NCBI GenBank assembly: GCA_951406725.2
Contig: OX597833.1
Span: 60,574,001 to 60,638,000, forward strand
Direction of reading: 5' to 3'
From: Octopus vulgaris
Taxonomy: Eukaryota
DNA length: 64,000 bases
Part shown: positions 26,421 through 38,661 of the stretch, one piece after another
Position numbering within the stretch: position 1 is the first letter of the stretch
Layout of the letters: each line of letters begins with the position of its first letter
The notes under the pieces: generated by a model
Database searches by the model: none
Seen by the model: only the letters and a program-made list of their open reading frames with translations
Told to the model about the DNA's origin: nothing
Translations under genes and position numbers: made by a program

Positions 26421-26577
26421 ATAAAAATAATGATTGCCACAAAGCAATCAGTTGCACCGTTGCTGCTGGTGGTGGTGAAGGTGTGACTAGTTTGTTTATA
26501 TTCGCGTTAGTTTACAAGTTGGACGGAATATTTAACGAATGCCTCAAACCGTTCAACTGTTACACGTCATGAGCAAG

Positions 26578-26609
26578 ATGGCGCAGGCTGCCGAACAATT
26601 GCCGAGCTG
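26578..26609 (+). CDS. TBC1D23: TBC1D23 exon 1 (MAQAAEQLPS-W); an in-frame upstream ATG at 26569 would add MSK
   Basis: aagATGGCG start context and donor TG|gtaggt. The phase-2 join to G at 43146 restores the conserved Trp preceding ELE. Confidence 0.8.
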
Positions 26610-26959
26610 GTAGGTTTCACTTAAACATTTCGTTTTTAAAACTGCTTTCTCTCTCTTTATCAGGTCGATGTTTGGCCATATCGAAGGGGTTATGCATCGG
26701 GGGACATATCAGTGTTGCCAGGCTCTCGTATTTACGCCTGTCTCTGTGCGAGTTTCGTCGATGTGTTTACTGGAGGAACGACGAAATTTCACCTCCGTTT
26801 CTCGCTGACAAATGTCAACTGGCCATGTTTTATGGAAACAGGCTTCGAAAGGAGGATAAAATATCATTATCTGCTGCTAAAAACAGCCCAGACTGTAGCT
26901 GACAGAAGACAGAATACAAAGGCATTCGTCATTAATTTCCTTCTGGGTTAAGCGAAGGG

Positions 26960-27248
26960 AACCCTTAACGAAATTGTACATTTCTATTTGGTGGTGGTCA
27001 CCACTTGGAGCGACTCTCCGTCTCTACATGTGTTCATATAGATAGTATATATTTCACAAATAGACGAACGGTCATCGTATGTGTATATATATATATATAT
27101 ATATATAAATATATATATGTATATGTACCCTTAACGAAACTGTACATTTCTATTTGGTGGTGGTCACCACTTGGAGCGATTCTCCATCACTACATGTGTT
27201 CATATAAATAGTATATATTTCACAAATAGACAAACGGTCATCGTATGC

Positions 27249-27262
<14 letters not shown>
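26960..27262. repeat. Tandem duplication of ~167 bp in TBC1D23 intron 1
   Basis: acccttaacgaaa.tgtacatttctatttggtggtggtcaccacttggagcga occurs at 26961 and 27127. Confidence 0.9.
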
Positions 27263-27292
<30 letters not shown>

Positions 27293-27565
27293 GCATTGTA
27301 CTTTGAGTTATGGTGGAGTGAGAAATGAAAACTACAGTGTCATGCTAAATGTTTTTTTAATGCATATTTCATAAATATATAGACACGGTTGAGCAGTAAA
27401 TGGTGTATATGTGTCTGATGTATACAATATATTCACACACACACACGCAGAGTAGTAAGTGTGAAATAGACGAATATTGGTACAAAAAATGTGACAGTGA
27501 ACGGCGCATATTCATACTCAACACATATATCTGTCTTTCTATCTGCAGCCGAGTAATATAATACA

Positions 27566-27628
<63 letters not shown>

Positions 27629-27694
27629 AATGAAGTAGAGCAGTAAATGTTACAGGGATGTACAGAAAGTGAAGATTGAATGGCGCATATTTAT

Positions 27695-27756
<62 letters not shown>

Positions 27757-27946
27757 ATACACACACATACGCATATGTGTGTATATGTATGTATGTATAT
27801 ACGTGCATGCATACTCTGGTTATTGACATCAAAGTCAACGACGCACGGACACAATCTGCATAGACACTAACATGCAAAGATAATACATTGTCATGTATTT
27901 ATGCACCTTCACATAGGTGTATACTTATCCTGAGTCTGTGTGTGTG

Positions 27947-27977
<31 letters not shown>

Positions 27978-28713
27978 CTACGCATACATGAGCACGAATA
28001 AAATTCGTAGGCATTCACATTATTATACTACATATAGAGTTATATAATAATATAATATATAATCTGTTTAATATTAAATGTATTTGGGGGTGGGACATTC
28101 CAACTGCGTGTATGCGCGCATATATATATACATGTATATATATGTATGTATGTATATATAGATATATAATATGGTGATGCTGTTGGTGGAGATTATTATG
28201 ACTAACGTATGTCTAGTTATTCATTCAGCGTTGATGAGGATGGTATTTTCCTCTGGGTGGGGCGGCATGCTTGTAGTCGCACCGATAGCTCTTTCCACAC
28301 ACACACACACAGACACACACGCCTACATACGTAAACAGTCACACTAATACACAGATGTCTGTGTCGTATATCTCCGCAGCCAGCGCCACCCCCTACGCAA
28401 TATATCCACTCTACTGCTATTACAATGGTTGATTGTTGCTTCACTTACTGATCCTATCCTCTCTCTCTCTCTCTCTGTCCGGACGTGTGTGTGTATGTGT
28501 TATATATATGTATATATATATATATAGTGCCAGGAATGGGGGAATAGAGAAATGTCCAATATTGAAAGTAGAGTAGAGTTAGATTTATTATGACCTGAAA
28601 CTTCAGAAATTGTTACTCCGAGTTTCCAGTCATTGGACGATTATGAAAAGTGAAGCATAAAAATGGCTTGTGAGGGTGTGAGTGGCTTATCTCACTCTCT
28701 TTCCCTCTCTCTA

Positions 28714-28761
<48 letters not shown>

Positions 28762-28956
28762 TGACACTGCATCCTTTAAGGCCCTCATGCTTCCCGAAAT
28801 TCCGTCGAAACTACACCTGATTATATATACACTTTAGATGAGTTGTAGTGCACCTGAGCACTGTACACAATTATTATTATTATATTATTATATATATATA
28901 TATATATATCCCCCACACATCTATATGAAAGGCACGTGCACGTGTGTGTGTGTGTG

Positions 28957-28998
<42 letters not shown>

Positions 28999-29101
28999 GA
29001 AATAATATGTGATGTGTACATATATATATATATATATATATGAAGAAATAATATGTGATGTGTACATATATATATATATATATATGAAGAAATAATATGT
29101 G

Positions 29102-29135
<34 letters not shown>

Positions 29136-29302
29136 GAAGAAATAATATGTGATATGTAAATAAATATATATTTTTACAACCATCCAGCATTCTGAACACC
29201 TTTTTTCTTTCATATGTATTAAATCTGTACATCACCCCCAATACTTCTAACATATATATATATATATACCTATTATCAAAGCCATGACCATCCTTCTTGT
29301 AT

Positions 29303-29638
29303 ATCTGTGTGTCTGTTTGCTTGTACCCTCATCCTGACCACGGCTTTCAACCGATTCTGATGAAACTTGACACACACATAGCCCAATGTCATAATTCAAA
29401 ACTAACGCAGCGAAAATTTTGATAAGTTCCCCCAGTTCTGAAAAAAATCGATAAATTCGACATGGGGTCGAGAATCAGAAACACAAACCGCAAACTGTCT
29501 AGGGGACGCAACTCCACCTTTTTTTACTCTCAAAAAAAAGTTACCATCATTTTTTTCCATTTTTTGGCTATAACTCTCTAAAAATGCTTTATAGTTATTT
29601 CCCTTACAAACCAGAGCAACGCCGGGCGATACTGCTAG
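29303..29638 (+). mobile_element. Non-autonomous Helitron-type element; an isolated 3' end also occurs at 46064-46095
   Basis: 3' GC hairpin CCCGAGYAACGCCGGG followed by CTAG|T. Confidence 0.7.
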
Positions 29639-29879
29639 TATATATATATATATATAATATATATATATAAATATATATGTGCTTCCTGCTTTCAGATGGT
29701 TCGGTTTTGATTTAATGGACTTTGGTTGCTATTTCCAAAAAGTCAAGTGAACTCTGAGAGACTTCATCATTGACTCATGTCTGTGTAATTGGCGGTGTTC
29801 TTGTGTGTGCGCGAGTGTGCCTGATGCTTTCTCTATCTGGTGTCTTGTGTATGTATGTCTGTGCATGTGTATGTACATT

Positions 29880-29931
<52 letters not shown>

Positions 29932-32900
29932 TGTCTGTCTGTCTTCAGCAGTGTATTTATGTTGCACTTGACTGCTCTTTTTGAAAAAGTACTTGATACC
30001 TACTCAACTTGTTCCTTTAAAGTTTAGTAAACCAGTTCAACTAGTACGTGTGTGCTTTCACTGCTGGAACTAACACCAAAATCTTCTTCAAGTCACACCC
30101 TACCATCTTAAAGAGAGAGGAGCCACTTTATACTATAGCCTTACATACTCCGAAAAAGATGGGATAGTCATGGCTGGAATGGCCTCGATCATGAATCTTC
30201 TGGATTGAGTTTGTGCTGGGGCTGTGAAACAGTATTTAATGTGACTACATGATTTCCATGACACCACCACCACCACTGCCTAACCAGAGATAATCCAACT
30301 AACTGTTCTACTGACTGACCACATAATCTACTTGATTGGGTATGGCTGCAGGATGAGCTAAGTCTGTAGTCCATTATGTAGTTGGACAGCCGGAGCCTAT
30401 CTTCTTTCCTTCAATCTGTCTCTCTCTGCCTCATTTGTGTGTGATGACATTGACATACACTAATCTAGGAAGGAAAGAGAGAGCTGTCTCTCTTGTTATA
30501 TAGAGGACTCTTTATCAATGTGTGTGTGTGGTCGTACCTATGTATGTGCACAAACAATACCTAAATATGTCGATACACTTTTGTAGAAAAAGAATGTCTG
30601 CTTGCGTGTGCTTGTACATACATGCATACAGACTAATATACAGTCATCTATATGATACATATACACACATATATATATATGTGTGTGTATATATATATGT
30701 ACATATATATATATATATATAAATCAAAATGTCTTTCATGGTGGCATAGCAACGGAATTACCGCATAAACTAACGAACCTTGACCTTTGCTCTTTCTCTT
30801 TCTTTCAGTACACACCCATTTATTAGAGCCGTTAATTGGACTATCAATGCTAATTAATATAATCTCTTGCCTATGTTGTGTTAGTAGTACAAACTCCACT
30901 TCCACCAAAATCCACTCTATTTGACTTTTGTCCTTTTGGAAATTGATAAAATCAATACCTGTAATATAATTGACTCAGTCATGCAAAAATAGGGACCAGC
31001 AATTTTTTGGGGGATTTTTTTTTTTATAGAGGAGGCCAGGTATTTTTGTGGTTTTCAAAGTATTTTTACAATTTAAAAATCAAAGCTTTCATATTCTCTT
31101 CATCTCTGTCCACTTATATTGTATTCAGGCATTATCATTGTGTGTGCTTTCTGTGCTCTCTTCATATTTTATTTCACCAGGCTCGACCCTCATCATATTA
31201 CTGCTGTAGGTTTTATACACTTTTAGTCATTTTAAAACTGTACACAATCTACAAAATGTCCCATCATTACTCAGTCACAGAAGTCAACAATTTTCTTCCA
31301 ACAGCAGGGCAGGACAATTTTTCTCCAACAAATAAATTAATGGTTTGGGCTTCAATATCACCTGGATTTGTTGGGACCCTCACTGCATTATTTTCTCAGT
31401 GTACCCCTTGAAAGGACCTTGCTCATGTGAATAGGGGTTGATATGCTAATTTTTTTTTATTTTCTAGTTGGTGATTTTGCTATTGTTTAACCTTGATCAG
31501 TCCCTGATAAAGCAGACCTATAATCAAGAGCAGTCACATCATAACATCTCATCTTATTTTTTTATAGTTAAATGTGTTTAAGGGAAGGTTGGCTGCTATT
31601 TCTTGTAGTTAGAGTGACATGTGTAATATAGGTGAATGTGGAAGATAATTTTTAAGAGAGAAACAGATGACCATCTGATCGGGTTACTAACATATATTGT
31701 GTTCAAGATCAAGACATTTAATGGGTCAGTCCACTTAGCAAGTGGGAATAGGTACCTCAGGTTGAGGAGAAGGACCCGATGTAAATAACTACTGCTATTT
31801 ACATTGTAAAACTGAGGAGTGTTTCAGCCACTTGCAGTGAAAATTTCCATTTGACCAGTGAGTGTAGCTTAATGTTGGCTGCTCATCATCATCATCATCA
31901 TTTAATGTCTGTTGTCCATGCTGGCATGGGTTGGACGGTTTGGCTGGGCTGGCACACTGGAAGGCTGCACCAGACTCCAGTCTAATTTGGCATGGTTTTC
32001 TACAGCTGGATGCCCTTCCTAATGCCAACCACTCTGAGAGTGTAATGGGTACTTTTACGTGCCATTTGCGTAACACTGGGGTGCTTATATGTGCCACAAG
32101 CATGGGTGCCAATTTGCGTGACCCCGATATCTGCCATGACTGCGATTTTTTGCTTGGCTTCATGGGTTTTCTTCTCAAGCATGACATAATGCCAAAGGTC
32201 TTGGTCATTGCCTTTGTGAAGCTGGAAATGTGGAAGGTCGATGTGGTACAACAGGGAGAGCATATGGAGTGTAGGGTGGGAGTGAGAACATGTAGAATGT
32301 GGGCTGGTAAGGATGGCATGTGGAATGTCATGTACGAGTGAGAACATGGAGTGTGGAGTGACGGTTTGAGTGTATGAAAGTGGGAACGTGGAGTGTAGCA
32401 GTGGGGGAATGTGTGGTGTGTTAATGTGGTGAGAGCATTACCATGCTGCATATGCTTATCCATTATCACATCTCCATGTAGTGTCTGCTACCGCTGAAGC
32501 ACTCCTGGGTCCAATCATCATCACCATCATCATCATCATTATCACCGCCACCACCACCACTGTAATAAAATATGTAATGCATTCACATGATATTTTGAAG
32601 GTCTTTTGTTTATAATTGGCTTTTGTTGTAAATGTCACATGTCTGTTAGCAATGGCTCCAGCTTTTCTCTTTACAAATCTCCCTACTCTTAGCTATAGGA
32701 TTGTTATCCAGCAGCAGGTATTGTAGTAGTCCTTTCACACCAAATCAACCTGTGGTGTATATATATATACATACCTATTATCAAAGCCATGACCATCCTT
32801 CTTGTATATCTAGGGCTATGTTATATATGTGCTTCCTGCTTTAAGATGGTTGGGTTTTGATTTAATGCTTCTATGATTATTGCATCTTTTATTCACATAA

Positions 32901-33689
32901 AATCTGTTTTGGACTACAGACTCTTTTAATGGTGTGCAGTCTGTCGGGGACTATATTTTCTTTACATTTTTCTTTCAGACAGACTGCTATGATTTTAGGG
33001 TAACTTGGCCCCTGTTTCTAGCATGTTGAGTGACTATGTAGAGCAGTGTTTCTCAACCATTTTTTAGCTGTGGACCCTTTTGATTCCTATTTTACTCAGA
33101 TTAACCCTCTTCACCATTCAATCTTTAAAAAATCCTATTATATTTTTATATCATCATCATCATCGTCATTTAACATCTGCTTTCCATGCTGGCTTGGGTT
33201 GGACGGTTTGACTGAGGGCTGGCAAGCCAGAAGGCTGTACCAGGCTCCAATCCAATCTGGCAAAGTTTCTATAGCTAGATGCCCTTCCTAATACCAACCA
33301 CTCCAAGAGTGCAGTGGGTGCCTTTTATGTGCCACCAGCACATGGGCCAGTCAGACGGTACTGGCATCGAACATGCTTGAATGCTGCTTTTTATGTACCA
33401 CCGGCATATGAACCAGTCAGGCAGCACTGGCAACAATCACGCTCGAATGGTGCTTTTAACGTGCCTGGCACGGGACCAGTCAGGCAAGGAATGTATTTAA
33501 AAAATTGTCGAAATATTTTATGTATTGTAGAAGTATAACTGCTCTATTTACATAATTTTTGACAAAATCTTGAAGCCCCTCCTCAGGATCACGTGGACCC
33601 TGGTTGAGAACCACTGGTTTCAGCCAGTCTGGGGCCATGCTGGAGCACCACCTTTCAGTGTTTTGGAGTCTCCTTTCAGTACTGTTTTT

Positions 33690-34780
33690 GGTGAAGAAGC
33701 AAGTTGGATGAAGCTGCTCTTTGTGCCTCCTGCCACAGTGTGGGCTCATTTGGGATTTTAGCTAGAAATCTGTCCAGGTGCTTTTTGAATGTTTCTACAT
33801 CTAAACCTTGCAGATCTCTTAGGTTCCTTGACAGAATGTTAAATAGTTGTAGTCCCCTGAAACCCAAGCTGTTGCAACACTGGGTCCTTGTCTGAGATGA
33901 AGAAGGCGGTATCTTTGGTATTACATAGTTCCATCCAAGGAGTAGAGTTCCAGTTCTTGTAGTCTCTCCCTGTAGCTCATCTGTTTTACCAAGTCAATCT
34001 TCTTTGTGTAGTGGTGCTGGATTGCCTCAAGTGCTGCCACCAGTTTGACACTCTGTGGCAACTAAAGTTAGGAGCAGGGATCCTGATGACTGAGGACGAA
34101 TGTCTGACATAGGAGTAGCAAGGTATCCTTATTTCTGTTTTTGAATGATCTAAGAGTCTATCCTGCCACTCGCCTGCACAGAGTTGCCATCCTGGCAATA
34201 TACACATGGAACGTTGCAGCACTGCTCATGTGGATTCCCAGGTCATGCACCGATTCTAGCTCTGGAGTTGCACTGCCCCATGGTCCTATGTATTCCAATT
34301 GTAGTCTGTTTTTGTGCTAATAGTGGAGTGCTTGAAACTTATCAGCATTGAACTGCTTGTTATTTTTATCAGCCCATTTATATATTGCATGCAGGTCATT
34401 TTGCAGTTTACTATGTCATCAGGATCCTTGACTCCTTTAGATACTTTTGTATCATCAGTGTAGCTGATGAGACTGGCTGACTGCATGCCTGACAGCATGT
34501 CTGAGAGAGCCACTACAAACAGTAGTGGTCCCAGTACAGTTCCCTGAGGAACTCTACTGTGGATTGATGTCTCCCCAGAGAGAGCACCGTTGGCTGCAAC
34601 TGCCTGACTTCTGTCCTTTAAAAAGTTGTGCAACCATTCTCCCAGTTTCCCAATGATACCAAGGTCACGTAGTTTGTGACATATCATTGCATGATCAACT
34701 TTGTCAAAGGCTTTGGCAAAGTTGAGATATATCACATTTTGAGTGGTTGAGCTGCTGTTCTAGTACCCAATCATAATGTT
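33690..34780 (-). mobile_element. CR1/L2-type LINE reverse transcriptase pseudogene fragment
   Basis: IYLNFAKAFDKVDH...VPQGTVLGPLLF...YTDD, plus C-terminal FKKHLDRFL. Confidence 0.9.
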
Positions 34781-35270
34781 GTATCAGGCTCAGTAAAAAA
34801 TAAGTGGCATTTTGAAACATGAAATTCATCACAATATATTTCAACAATGCGGAAATTTTATTCATCAATGTAAGTACCATTACAATCAACACATGTTTGC
34901 AAACAAGTTACAAGTTTATTTATTCTGGTGACATAAAAATCTGGAGTTCTGGAGCTGATGAACTCTTTGAATGCACTTTCAGCATTGGTTTGATTTTTGA
35001 ACTCCTTCTCTCTCAGGAAACCATCAAGGTGCTTGAAAAAGAGGTAGTCAGTTGGAGAAAAATCTGGGTAGGGAAGAACTTCGTAGCCAAGTTTCCTCAA
35101 CTTCTGGAGCATCATTAGTGAAACGTGTGGTCAAGCATTGTCATGAAGAATGATTGGCCCTCATCTGTTGACCAGTCTGGGATGGAGGAGTAGCAGTTTG
35201 TTGTTCATGATGGCAATTTCATAGCAATATATTTCTGCAGTAATAGTTTTTTTCCAGGTTTTAAGAAGTT
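34781..35270 (-). mobile_element. Mariner transposase 3' remnant
   Basis: LGYEVLPYPDFSPTDYLFFKHLDGFL (YSPDL-like) and C-terminal CVDCNGTYID. Confidence 0.85.
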
Positions 35271-35561
35271 ACCGCCCAACTCCACCGCCAATCAAGTATC
35301 TTGTGTTGACCATTCACTACTTTCACTCACACATTATTTCACAAACCCCAACCTCACCCAAAACCCCATATATAGAATCACAAAGCCCCAAATCCTCAAA
35401 CCTGTTTGACAATGAATGTGAGAAAGTTCTCCAAAAAGAATTAAAAAAAAAAATCTCCTCACCCAAGTTAACAAAGGACTTACTAGATCTATGAACTAAA
35501 ATCTATATTATTAAAAAATAATAACTCATTAGAACTACCAGTGAAGTCATTTTTCTTTTTT

Positions 35562-35607
<46 letters not shown>

Positions 35608-35741
35608 AAGAATAAGATTGTTACTAGTTTTATTTTGTCTTTTTGTCTTCTCTCCATGTGCTATATGAACACTTAAGGTGGTTTTAGAGTCAGACCATGG
35701 CTGCTATTTTCAGCATGGCAGTATCTCGTAGATACCCTAAG

Positions 35742-35779
<38 letters not shown>

Positions 35780-36719
35780 AAATATATATGTATGTGTATT
35801 ATTGTGTAATTTATGTATCAAATGTATTTATTTGATATATAAATTATATGAAGATATCAAGCATAACATCTTTCTATCTGACACCTCAATCTTTTTCTCT
35901 TAGTCTTGATGGTTTTGTGTTTCTGCACCATATTCAGTGTCCTTGAAGTCATAGCGTGTGCGCACATACACACATTTATACAACCACATACAATCTGTAA
36001 TCCACACACACACTTATCTTCCAGGTTGTATTGAAGAAGAAGAAGCTATCTGCTCTCTCCTTCCTAACTCTGTTAACATTGTCTCTTCTCGTTCACTCCT
36101 CCTGTCATTACAATAACATTTCATACACTATGTTTAACCTTCCAGACTTCATGTTAAACATTTTCTTTTATCCCTTTTTTTCTCCACTACTGCAACCCTC
36201 TAGAAATCCTACCCTGTTTGTATTATCATTGCAGTCACACTACCCAATGCTGTCTTAAGGCAAGAGCACATTGGGCAGTTGCCCAACGGCTTTACAGATC
36301 TGGAGGCCTATTTCTGATCTGTTTATGCTGTGGTTTGCTGTCAATAAATAAATCAATAAATACTGTAGGGTCCAATTTCAAACAGAAGATTGTGGGATTG
36401 AATGAGCCAAACTCCCATCAATCAAGAAATTCTGGGGGCTGGATTGGTCACACTCTAAGGGGACCTCCAAGCAGCATTGCAAGACAAGTGTTGTACAACC
36501 TAAGAAGATTTGGAAAGGTTGAATGGAGGATGGAGCGAAAGCAATCAGTCTCTTTTGGTCTGAAATCAAGATGCATCCACTGGAATGAAATGGTCATTTG
36601 GCCCTATGTTCCTTGGGGAGAAGTGTGGCTTAACTAACTGTAGGATTCAGTGCATTGATTTGCCCAGGGGACTATAATGCTCTGACATTACCCCTTTAAC
36701 AATTTACACTCAACATCAA

Positions 36720-37017
36720 CCCAACTTGCTGGGGCTGCCTACTGGAGCCTATGTGGCAGGTATTTAAAGGGAAAAATTTGACAAGACAGTCAGTCACCGG
36801 CTGACACTCGCTGATGATACATCGAAGAGGCCAGGGAACAGAAGAAAGAAGGCATGCACCCAACACCAGAGCTGAAGACACCTCTGAAAGAGGGGGCCCC
36901 ACCACGTCAAAACGGTAGAGGAGTAGGTGCCGAAACCGGACGTCGTTCCTCCTGATGATGTCTTGAGCTAACTGGAGCTGTTGTGGTAGCAGACCATGAA
37001 ACACGGTTGTAATTCCT
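36720..37017 (+). mobile_element. ~300-bp structured element with TATA/Inr-like start and several hammerhead core motifs; second copy at 43600-43922 (-)
   Basis: Two highly similar copies in opposite orientation. CTGANGA at 36811, 36872 and 36952; GAAAC at 36932 and 36998. Confidence 0.75.
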
Positions 37018-37797
37018 TCATGCCTGCCTTGCCCTTGAGGAATCATCTCCAACTTACAGCACACAATTCATTCTTTTCTGATGAAATAATGCCAGAAAGA
37101 AAAAGAAATAAATCTTAAACTACAAATTATCAACTTTCAACTGAATTTATTTTCATTTTCTTTTTGTTCGTCATTGCTAAACTCAGTACAATACTAGTAC
37201 AGTTAGTACCAATATCTAGACATGGGCATGGCTGTGTGGTTAAGAAACTTGGTTCATTATTTTAATTATTTTAATATGACACAAAACTCTCCTGGGACAC
37301 AAAACTCTCCTGGGACACAAAACTCTACTGGGACACAAAACTCTACTTGTGAAGACCTATTGAGGCAAGTGAGAATTGAAATCGATCAACATTAATGGAA
37401 ATTGCAGCTGTGATACCAGTGCCGGTGGCATGTAAGAGAACCATCAGAACGTGGCCGTTGCCAGCGCCGCCCCGACTGGCCTCGTGCCGGTGGCACGTAA
37501 AAAGCTCCATCCGATCGTGGCCGTTGCCAGACTCGCCTGGCCCCCGTGCCGGTGGCACGTAAAAAGCACCATCCGATCGTGGCCGTTTGCCAGCCTCGTC
37601 TGGCACCTGTGCCGGTGGCACGTAAAAAGCACCCACTACACTCACGGAGTGGTTGGCGTTAGGAAGGGCATCCAGCCGTAGAAACATTGCTAGATCAGAC
37701 TGGGCCTGGTGCAGCCTTCTGGCTTCCCAGACCCCAGTTGACCTGTCCAACCCATGCTAGCATGGAAAGCAGACGCTTGATGATGATGATGATGACA

Positions 37798-38661
37798 GTG
37801 GTGTTTGTGTTTATAAAACTGAAGTACCCTGTGTCTGGGTACTTCAGTTTTCAAAATCATTTTTTAAAAAAATAGTTATTTTAATATGGCTGTGGTGTTT
37901 GTGTTTATAAAACTGAAGTACCCTGTGTTTGGGTTCTTCAGTTTTCAAAATCATTTTTAAAAAAATGGTTATTTTAATATGGCAGTGGTGTTTGTGTTTA
38001 TAAAACTGAAGTACCCTGTGTCTGGGTACTTCAGTTTTCAAAATCATTTTTTAAAAAATCGTTATTTTAATATGGCTGTGGTGTTTGTGTTTATAAAACT
38101 GAAGTACCCTGTGTCTGGGTTCTTCAGTTTTCAAAATCATTTTTTTAAAAAATGGTTATTTTAATATGGCTGTGGTGTTTGTGTTTATAAAACTGAAGTA
38201 CCCTGTGTCTGGATACTTCAGTTTTCAAAATAATTTTTTTTAAAAAATCATTATTTTAATATGGTTGTGGTGTTTGTGTTTATAAAACTGAAGTACCCTG
38301 CGTCTGGGTTCTTCAGTTTTCAAAATCATTTTTTTTGAAAAATCGTTATTTTAATATGGCAGTGGTGTTTGTGTTTATAAAACTGAAGTACCCCTGTGTC
38401 TGGATACTTCAGTTTTCAAAATAATTTTTTTTTTTAAATTGTTATTTTAATATGGTTGTGGTGTTTGTGTTTATAAAACTGAAGTACCCTGCGTCTGGGT
38501 TCTTCAGTTTTCAAAATCATTTTTTTGAAAAATCTCTATTTTAATATGGCAGTGGCGTTTGTGTTTATAAAACTGAAGTACCCCGCGTCTGGGTTCTTCA
38601 GTTTTCAAAATCATTTTTAAAAAAAAATCTCTATTTTAATATGGCTGTGGTGTTTGTGTTT
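37798..38661. repeat. ~94-bp tandem repeat, 9 units plus a partial, each with a 15-bp hairpin
   Basis: Unit starts at 37798, 37892, 37985, 38078, 38172, 38267, 38362, 38458, 38552 and 38647. Hairpin AAAACTGAAGTACCC-n7-GGGTACTTCAGTTTT. Confidence 0.95.

Noticed and set aside
37798-38661. Palindromic repeats at regular spacing resembling a CRISPR array (also the family C units and the 29-bp array)
   Set aside because: The intervening sequence is itself repeated, so there are no unique spacers. No cas genes are present and the context is a eukaryotic intron.
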